DNA of 64,000 bases from an uncultured Methanobrevibacter sp. (GTDB lineage: Archaea; Methanobacteriota; Methanobacteria; Methanobacteriales; Methanobacteriaceae), in assembly GCA_902794475.1 (NCBI GenBank), contig CADBHR010000002.1, forward strand, positions 22,263-86,262, in the 5' to 3' direction. The position numbers were made by a program, and so were the translations under genes. Of this stretch, positions 39,234-47,200 are shown piece after piece. The notes below the pieces were generated by a model. It was given only the letters and a program-made list of their open reading frames with translations. It had not been told where the DNA came from and ran no database searches. Each line of letters begins with the position of its first letter. Positions within the stretch are counted from its first letter, which is position 1.

Positions 39234-41744
39234 TTAATTTTGGCCAGATTCATTCTCTTCAAAGTTTAATGCCATGCTCAGCATCGCAATTGCCCTGAAC
39301 CATGAATACAACTCATTATCAATCGGATCATATTCATCAAGTTTCTTTTTGTATTCTTCCTGAGAGAAATCCTCCAAAATCGCTTCAACCAACTCATCAT
39401 CATAAATATTAGCCAATATCAATGAGGCAGCTATCATATTTGCATCCTCAGGGAACTCATCACCCCACAACAATAAAATCAGGGAACATGATATTGCATA
39501 TGGTTTCGAATCATCCTCCTTTATGGCTGTCTCGAAAGATTCCTTGAACCTTTTTGCAAAATCATCATAATCTTCAGGGAATTCATCATCAGAACCGTTT
39601 TTTATTTCGTCCCAATCATCATTTACATCAGGAAGGGTATTTTGAACTTCATTATCATTGCGTTCATCCACAATATCACCAGAGCCGACAAATGATTCAA
39701 ACAGTTCCAATTCTCCCCTATTGAAAATGACATTTCCATTTTCCGCAGAGTTATCCTCAAATTTGGAGTTTGATATGTTCAGTTTGGATGATTCGGTTGC
39801 ATCGAATACTCCTGCATTGTTATCTGCACGGTTAGAAATGAATTCCGAATTGTTAATGTTGATTTCACCCATCGTATGGATTGCTCCACCATCCAGTTTT
39901 GCATGATTACCCTTAAATAATGTGCCATTCATGTTAATTTTTGAGTCAGGCAAGACAATCATCGCAGCACCACTTCTGTCGCTTCTGTTGTCTAGAAACA
40001 CTGATCCATTAATGTCAAGCTTTCCGTTATTGTAGATTGCTCCTCCAAATCCCTGAGCATCATCAGGCAAAATATCGCCCGGACAGTCAATTTCCAAACT
40101 GGCTGCATTTGATTTGAATTTGGAATCCTTAATCCCAAGGTCGGAAACGTGGGTTGCAGCTATTGCACCGCCAACACCACCTGAGAAGTTGCCTTCGAAT
40201 TCACAATTGTCGATGAGCATTTTTTCATCATTGACAATGGCTCCACCCAATTCTGATGCGACGTTTCCTTGGAATATGCAGTTTTCAAATTTCACATCAC
40301 CTATGTTTGATATTGCACCGCCCATATTCGAAAATGCATTTTTGAATGCAAGATTTTTAATCAAAACATTTTTGGCATCGATTTTGAATATTGATGCATT
40401 GTTTTTGGCATCAATAACATGACCTTTTCCATCAATGACCAAATTGTCAACATCAATCTTGATTCCATCTGCATAATCCTCAATTTCGCCGTCATCAAGG
40501 CAAACATCAAATTTTAATTGAATATTATTCTCTTTATGAATCAAATCATCCATATATTTAAAGTTAACAGCAGAAAAAGTAACAGATTCAAGAACATCAT
40601 CCAGAATAGCATATAATTTGTCAAATGACTTCTTATCAGTTGCACCTTCCCTGTTTATATTGGCCAAATAATTGTTCTGAATATCATCGGCATCCAAAGT
40701 GTAAACATTTGCAATTGCATCTGCAATGAGGAAATTTGACTCATGAGGCCAAATTTCTCTCCAGATTTCTACAAATTCAACCATATCATCATGTCTGTAA
40801 GGATATGACAATTCCCCATTTTCAGATTCGGAGAAGAATTTAAGAAATTCTGCGGCAAATTCATGTTGGGTTAGCTCACGCACCCAATCCATATTGTTTT
40901 CCAGGTAATGAATGTTACCACCAATGAATGGAATATTGTCCTTCTCCTTTTCATTGCAGTATAAAACTCCACGGGCGGTATCCAAAGTTGAATCAATGAA
41001 ATCACAGCCCTTTACAACTGACATGTTTTGTGCAGTGACATTTGACTTGTTGAAGGTTGAATCCTTTAAAACCAAATTTCCATAAGACCTCGCAAGGATG
41101 GAAGTGCCCTTAGCTGAAAGACTTGTAAACTTACATCCGATAATCTTAAGAGAACTTTCAACACTCATAATATCATGAGTGTCATCGAATGATACATTGC
41201 CCCAGAATTCAGAGTTTACAATTGTCATTGAAGACAATTCATCATTAAATATGGCCCCTGCAAATTCATATCCATAATTCCCAATGAACCTGCAGTTTTC
41301 AACATGAATCTGGCTAAAACATGAAAAGATTGCTCCGCCCCTAAAAGCGGAATTATCTTCAAATGTACAGTCTATGAAATCTATTTTAGATTCCACAGCA
41401 TATACTGCACCACCCTCTAGGCCTCCGAATATGGATTCAAAATCCCCATCTTTAGGACTTGCCGTTCCATCTTTAAACGTGATATTCTTGAATGTGACAT
41501 TCTTACCCTCAAACTTAAATATACGGGTCTTGCCTCGGGCATCAATAATGTATCCATTACCATCAATAACCAATCCATCAGTTTCAATATTGATTCCCTC
41601 TTTAAACAAAGACTCCTCATAAGAATCCAAAGTTATATCTGAGTTTAGCTTAACTTCCTTTTTACCTGAATTAACCAAATCACTCAGATATCTGAAATCA
41701 TTGCTTTTTTTCAATCTTCTTAAAATTCTATCCTGAAATGACAT
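39234..41744 (-). CDS. Two-module GGAI beta-helix repeat protein; no signal peptide
   Basis: Two copies of the F.Y..DL...GI.I....LVIDG.G..IDA head, each followed by GGAI repeats and an acidic helical region. Confidence 0.8.
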   Translation of the reverse strand: MSFQDRILRRLKKSNDFRYLSDLVNSGKKEVKLNSDITLDSYEESLFKEGINIETDGLVIDGNGYIIDARGKTRIFKFEGKNVTFKNITFKDGTASPKDGDFESIFGGLEGGAVYAVESKIDFIDCTFEDNSAFRGGAIFSCFSQIHVENCRFIGNYGYEFAGAIFNDELSSMTIVNSEFWGNVSFDDTHDIMSVESSLKIIGCKFTSLSAKGTSILARSYGNLVLKDSTFNKSNVTAQNMSVVKGCDFIDSTLDTARGVLYCNEKEKDNIPFIGGNIHYLENNMDWVRELTQHEFAAEFLKFFSESENGELSYPYRHDDMVEFVEIWREIWPHESNFLIADAIANVYTLDADDIQNNYLANINREGATDKKSFDKLYAILDDVLESVTFSAVNFKYMDDLIHKENNIQLKFDVCLDDGEIEDYADGIKIDVDNLVIDGKGHVIDAKNNASIFKIDAKNVLIKNLAFKNAFSNMGGAISNIGDVKFENCIFQGNVASELGGAIVNDEKMLIDNCEFEGNFSGGVGGAIAATHVSDLGIKDSKFKSNAASLEIDCPGDILPDDAQGFGGAIYNNGKLDINGSVFLDNRSDRSGAAMIVLPDSKINMNGTLFKGNHAKLDGGAIHTMGEININNSEFISNRADNNAGVFDATESSKLNISNSKFEDNSAENGNVIFNRGELELFESFVGSGDIVDERNDNEVQNTLPDVNDDWDEIKNGSDDEFPEDYDDFAKRFKESFETAIKEDDSKPYAISCSLILLLWGDEFPEDANMIAASLILANIYDDELVEAILEDFSQEEYKKKLDEYDPIDNELYSWFRAIAMLSMALNFEENESGQN

Positions 41745-41756
41745 TTTTCCCCCTAT

Positions 41757-42224
41757 TCACTTATTGCTTTCCCATTCACAAACGTTATAACCGTCACCCT
41801 CGATAGCTACAAAATACAGCTTGTCAAATCCTTCTTCATAGCTCGGGTACTCCAATTTCTTAAATGTTGCCCTAACCCCGACGTCAGGAATCCTGGCTTT
41901 ACCTTCTCTTTTTGAATTTCTCAAAAGGCAATCCTCAATTGATGATTTGAAATAATAACCGTGAATTTCATAATCATGACCTTTCAAGACATTGAAATAT
42001 CTTTGACGGTCCTCCCTTGTGGGATTGGTATTGTCCACAACAAAAGAGTCACCACTTTCAATGCATTTGTTGAGAAGTGTTCTTTCCCGGCTTCTCTTTT
42101 TTAAGGTATCCAGGTTGATATGAACATAATCTGAGAAGTATTTATTGTAAAACGTTGTTTTACCGCTTGCCTGGATGCCTATGAAAATTACAGCAGTCTT
42201 TTCTTTCATATTCTTTTCTTTCAT
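41757..42224 (-). CDS. P-loop kinase of the polynucleotide-kinase/AAA_33 type
   Basis: GIQASGKTT Walker A, INLDTL, VVDNTN, RNSKR lid. Confidence 0.8.
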   Translation of the reverse strand: MKEKNMKEKTAVIFIGIQASGKTTFYNKYFSDYVHINLDTLKKRSRERTLLNKCIESGDSFVVDNTNPTREDRQRYFNVLKGHDYEIHGYYFKSSIEDCLLRNSKREGKARIPDVGVRATFKKLEYPSYEEGFDKLYFVAIEGDGYNVCEWESNK

Positions 42225-42241
42225 ATTCCTCCATTAAATAA

Positions 42242-42961
42242 TTATATGGTATACTGAAAAGCTTCTTCAATGTTACTGCAATCCTCCAGCATTTCCTTTA
42301 CCTTTGAAATTGTATCAAACATGACATTAATGTCTAAAGTCTCATTTTTGCTATGCTGGTATCTATACCCTATTGAAAGATTGGCTCCGGCAATTCCCCA
42401 TACCGGACATATGTGGTTAATGTCCGATGAGGTCCCATAAGCCTCAACAAATCCGAACGACTCGACATATGAAATGAATTCCTTATTTTCACATCCGTAA
42501 AAAACGCAGTCATAGTCGTTTGCCCTGTCAAGTCCAATCAAATATTTCAAATCTTTAAAGGGATGTCTGGGTAAATCCTGAACTAAACGTTTTGCACCCC
42601 ATGATCCCCTTTCTTCAAAGGTTGTGAATATCACATGGGGCAGGTATCCCTGCTCAAGTATCTTGAATATTGAAAATACACCTGCCTTATCATCAAATCC
42701 CGCACCATGAGGATTCCACATGATTCCGTCAAAAGTGCGATAGATAAAGTCCCTTTCAATATCATCATCTTCAAAATAGATATCCAAATGTGCAACCAAT
42801 GCAATGGGAATATTTCCTTCAGCGAAAACATAATCCTCAGTTTCAACAACATTTGTATAGAACCCGCCTAAAAACTCGACTGCAAACTCTTTTGTCTGAA
42901 TCTGGTTGAAATGAACCAATTTCCTTAGAAGTTTATAATCTTCATCATTGAGAATATTCAT
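42242..42961 (-). CDS. M20/M28/M42-clan zinc peptidase-like protein
   Basis: VAHLD, GFDDKAG, EERG, GLDR, QHS metal-ligand pattern. Confidence 0.75.
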   Translation of the reverse strand: MNILNDEDYKLLRKLVHFNQIQTKEFAVEFLGGFYTNVVETEDYVFAEGNIPIALVAHLDIYFEDDDIERDFIYRTFDGIMWNPHGAGFDDKAGVFSIFKILEQGYLPHVIFTTFEERGSWGAKRLVQDLPRHPFKDLKYLIGLDRANDYDCVFYGCENKEFISYVESFGFVEAYGTSSDINHICPVWGIAGANLSIGYRYQHSKNETLDINVMFDTISKVKEMLEDCSNIEEAFQYTI

Positions 42962-43060
42962 GTTTCACCTCCAAAAGCAATTGATGCGAAAGATTAAATT
43001 TTGAATTAACATCTCATTAATTCAATGAGTATAGTCTGAATGACTCGAGTATATAACTTA

Positions 43061-43080
43061 CATAAAGAAATTTCTTTATG
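43061..43080. promoter_or_regulatory. Perfect 20-bp palindrome containing an AAAG-N6-CTTT box, between divergent genes
   Basis: CATAAAGAAATTTCTTTATG; GTTATATA (-) and CTTATTTA (+) each lie 6 bp from the 14-bp core. Confidence 0.65.
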
Positions 43081-43113
43081 CTACTTATTTACATTTAAAA
43101 TTAACTTTCTAAC

Positions 43114-43440
43114 ATGAAGGACATTAAACTTGAATTGATGATGGTTGCAGCATTGATTCTGATTCTCTTTAATTTATTTGACTTCACATATTGCCTTATA
43201 ACATATGATGTAATTACATATCAGTATTCATTGGGCTACAGAATCATTACCGTGCTAATACCAATTATTTTCATAATAAGCGTGATAATCAAAATTATAA
43301 GATGGGATAAAAGCTTTGGAGACATTCTGTTTTCAGCTTATATTCCCTTAATATTTTGGGCATTTACAATGGCTTTCTGCCTGCCATTAAGTCTAGTATT
43401 TGCAGGAGTATGCAAGGGAATAATCATGCTAGGCATGTGA
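43114..43440 (+). CDS. Small multi-pass membrane protein
   Basis: Three hydrophobic segments. Confidence 0.6.
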   Translation: MKDIKLELMMVAALILILFNLFDFTYCLITYDVITYQYSLGYRIITVLIPIIFIISVIIKIIRWDKSFGDILFSAYIPLIFWAFTMAFCLPLSLVFAGVCKGIIMLGM

Positions 43441-43481
43441 ATATATCAAAGACTGTCCTGAAATATGTGGGAATGATAATT

Positions 43482-43916
43482 ATGAATCTGAAAATAATAA
43501 TCCTATTAATGATATTGATTAATTTAGGCACGGCCAGTGCAGTAGATCTCCAAAGACATGATTTTGAAGGAAAATTTCAAATGGACGTTCCTTACAAATC
43601 CTCTTTTGAAAAAGACACCTTTTTTGGTCTTGACATTGGACCTGCAAGAGTTTATCACGATTTCAAAAACGATTTGAACGTTTCATATGTCAGTGTCAGT
43701 GATGATGACAAATATTTCAACGACATGATTGAGACGATTGAAAAAGAACCGAATGTCAATATGACAAAAGATAACAGCATATACCTGATTTCAACGGAAA
43801 AATTCAATATCGCATTGTTTCATGAAAATCACAAGATAATAGCAATTTCTGCTGGAAATCTTGATTTTGATGCCATCAAAGAGATGGCAAACTCATGTAA
43901 TGTGTGTCCTGACTGA
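43482..43916 (+). CDS. Secreted hypothetical protein
   Basis: MNLKIIILLMILINLGTASA signal peptide, then HDFEGKFQMDVP. Confidence 0.65.
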   Translation: MNLKIIILLMILINLGTASAVDLQRHDFEGKFQMDVPYKSSFEKDTFFGLDIGPARVYHDFKNDLNVSYVSVSDDDKYFNDMIETIEKEPNVNMTKDNSIYLISTEKFNIALFHENHKIIAISAGNLDFDAIKEMANSCNVCPD

Positions 43917-44290
43917 ATTCAAAACGATAAGTGAACGGGCAAGGGAATAATGCCAATCAAAATAGTAAATCAAATCAATTTTTAAAAAATTTGAATAAAT
44001 GCATAATCTGATATGCATCTTCCACATTTGAAAAAGTAAATTTTAGTTATTGATTAAGTAAATTAAAAATTTGTTTCAGCATTTGCATGAGAAATAGGAT
44101 ACCTATGAGAATAATCATTCATATATTTAAGAATATGAAATGATTTTCCTATACTCCAGAAAGTTTCCATCAAATAAGAATCAGGAATTTCCAAACACGG
44201 ACTTAAAAAAAAATTCATCAAAAATGCAACCAAAAATCAGCAAAAAAAGGTTATGAAGAAATCATTAAAATGATTTCCTTAACTTTAGAT

Positions 44291-47200
44291 TTAATTTTCG
44301 AATGTGAAGAACCTTACATTACCTAAAGTGTCTCCAACAATCAATTTGTCTTCTTTAATGTTTACCGCTGTTGCGTAAATATCAAGGAAGTATGTGTAAA
44401 CGCACTCATCATTTTCCCATATCTTTAGAGTGTTGTCCTTGGATACTGTAATGATTCTTGAGCCATCCACATAAATGTTGTTGATTTCCTTATCATGGCC
44501 TTTCAATGAAGCCAAATGAACTCCGTCCAAATCAAAGACTTCAACTGACCCATCCTTATAACCCGCAATTAATTTTTCGCCAAATATTTTAATTTTGGTT
44601 ACAGGACAATCAACTTTTCTCTCAAAAGCAACTGCTGAAGGATATCTGACAATGTTTCCATCTTTAAATCCGACATACGCATCAGCTGAACTCAATAATG
44701 CATCAACCGAAGTTGCGGTTCCATCCAACTTGAAGACTTCACCATCAATAGATAATTTATTTTCTTCAATGAATACGATTCCTGAGAGGTTCTGGGTGAT
44801 TTCCACAACTTCGCCCATTCCAGATTTTTCATCATAAACATTTAAAGTTTCAAATTCTTCATTCTGATTATCATTTTCACTTTCAGGCTTTTCAACAGCC
44901 TTCCACATGTCATCAGTAACATCACAGGTAGCTATCTTATTTATCTTTTTATCGTTGTCTATTTTCACACCTGCAAGAACCAGTTTAGATTCGTCCTGAT
45001 TAAATGAAATGGAGTTGCATCTGAAGTCATTTTCAAACTTATTCACACACTCCTCACTGTCAATGTCCCATGTGAAAACTTCACCATTATCAGATGCAGT
45101 AATCATACGATTTTCCTTAATTTTAATTGACAGCACGGATTCGGCATGCCGGACGTTTGTGTTTTCTGCAACCTTTTTGTCCAGATCAACAATGCTGACA
45201 TCATTGTTTTCATTTCCGACAATGATCCAGCGTTTGTCATCCTCATTTAGATAATCAAGGGATGTAGGTGATTTGATACCTGTTTGTATGTCCAATTCCA
45301 TGCCTGTCTTTTCATTTTTCTCCACATTAAACTTAGGCTGTTTTGGCTGAGGAATATTGTAAACTTTCAAAACACCCATTTCAGAGATGGTGATAATCTT
45401 ATTCTCATCTTCAAGGGTTAATGCCTGTTTGAATTTATCATTTGGACTACATACCCTTTCCTCATCAATGCTTTCTCCTCCTCCTGAGTTTTTGAGAGTG
45501 TTCCAGAATTTCATCTGTCCATTTTCAGAAATCAAAGTCAGGAATCTCTTGTTCAATCCCATGAACCTAATCTCTTCAGATGAATCCAATTGTCTGCCGT
45601 CATCTTCCTCCTCGTTCTGCTGATGGTGTCTGTTATATGCTTTTGCCTTCTCATACACGTCCCAACCGTCAACTTCCCTTTCATCACAAACTAGTATGGC
45701 CTCATTTCTTCTCGGAACTAAGATTTGATTATAGTTTTTAGGTTCAGTGACTTCAGGCTTTAACTCTTTTGTTTCGATGTCGATTGAGAACACACCCTTG
45801 TGTGAAACGGCATATATCTTTCCATAAGTATCGGACACATAAATGTCCCTAATTTCACCATAATCCTCAACATTAGTGTTTTTATCAGTGAAATCCTCAG
45901 TATTTCTAGTGGTTAAGTCCCATTTTTTGATTTCACCATTGAATCTTGCCACATACAATGATCCATCATCCTTAAGAATGATTTTTACAATTTTCGAATC
46001 ATTGCTTTCAAGAACTTCAAATGAATTGTCATTAATGTCATACAAGCTCAATATCCCATCTGAGCTTCCGAAGACAATCTTATTATTTTCTGTGAATACA
46101 ATTTGTGAGGAACTCTTATTACCGTCCGGCAGTAATCTTTTTATGATTGAGCTTTTTGGAGAATACAATACGCTTGTTGTTGGCTTTAACCATTTTCCAG
46201 TAGTGTCTTCAACCAAATCATGAAGCAATGTTCTGATTCTGTCATACTTATGCTTGTCCTCCTCGTCATCTTCCTCTCTGATTTCATTCATTCTTCCCCA
46301 TAATTGAACCGGAAGCTCTTCCGGATTATTCATCAAGACTGGAGAAGACAATTCCAATCCTCTTTGGATAAGCTCTAAAGGACCGTCCTCAACTTTTTCA
46401 AAGTCAACATAATCTTCATAATCTGAAATCAGACCGTAAACGTCCCCTGTCTTTTCAAGCTTATTTTTAATGAATGAATAAGATGACAAAGTGTCTTCCA
46501 ATTCTTCGATGCGGTTGGACTCATGAAGATAATATGGAAGTTCAACGTATCTTCTTGCCTCATCTTTATCGGAGGTGTCCTTAAAGTAATCTGTTAGCAA
46601 CCTTATGTCATTTTCATAATCAGATTTATATCTTTTTTCGGCAGCTTCCCTGAATTTTTCATAGAAGAAGTCATGGCGCATTTCTTTTCTTGCCATGAAT
46701 GGCCTAACCTGCCTTAAGTTCAAGTTGACATTGGCTCTGACCTCATTCTCATCAAGGCCATATTCATCCTTTATGATTGTGACAATCTCATCTTCAGACA
46801 ATCCTCCCACACGAGAACTGGCCAGAAGTGAAAACAGAGGTTTTGCAACTTTTGTCTTTTCACCCCTCTCTACCTCATCCTGCTCCAATCTTTCAAGAAC
46901 ATGGTCAAAAGCGGATTCCGGAGAATCGCCGAAACTTTTGATTTCATCCTTGAGCTGGTCGAATGAACCAAAGACCCTTAGCTCGGCAAGCAAGATTTTC
47001 AAAAACAACGGGTTTTTAGATCCCTTGAAGTTGCAGATGTCATGTATCTCCTTTTCATCCAGTTCCTTAAGATAATTGCTTAAATATGATGTGATGATTT
47101 TCTTTTTCTCTGAATCCAATTCATTAATGGTGAAACTGCTTTCAGATTGATTTTTAAATTTGATTTCATCATTTTGTGATTTTACACCAATGACCGTTTT

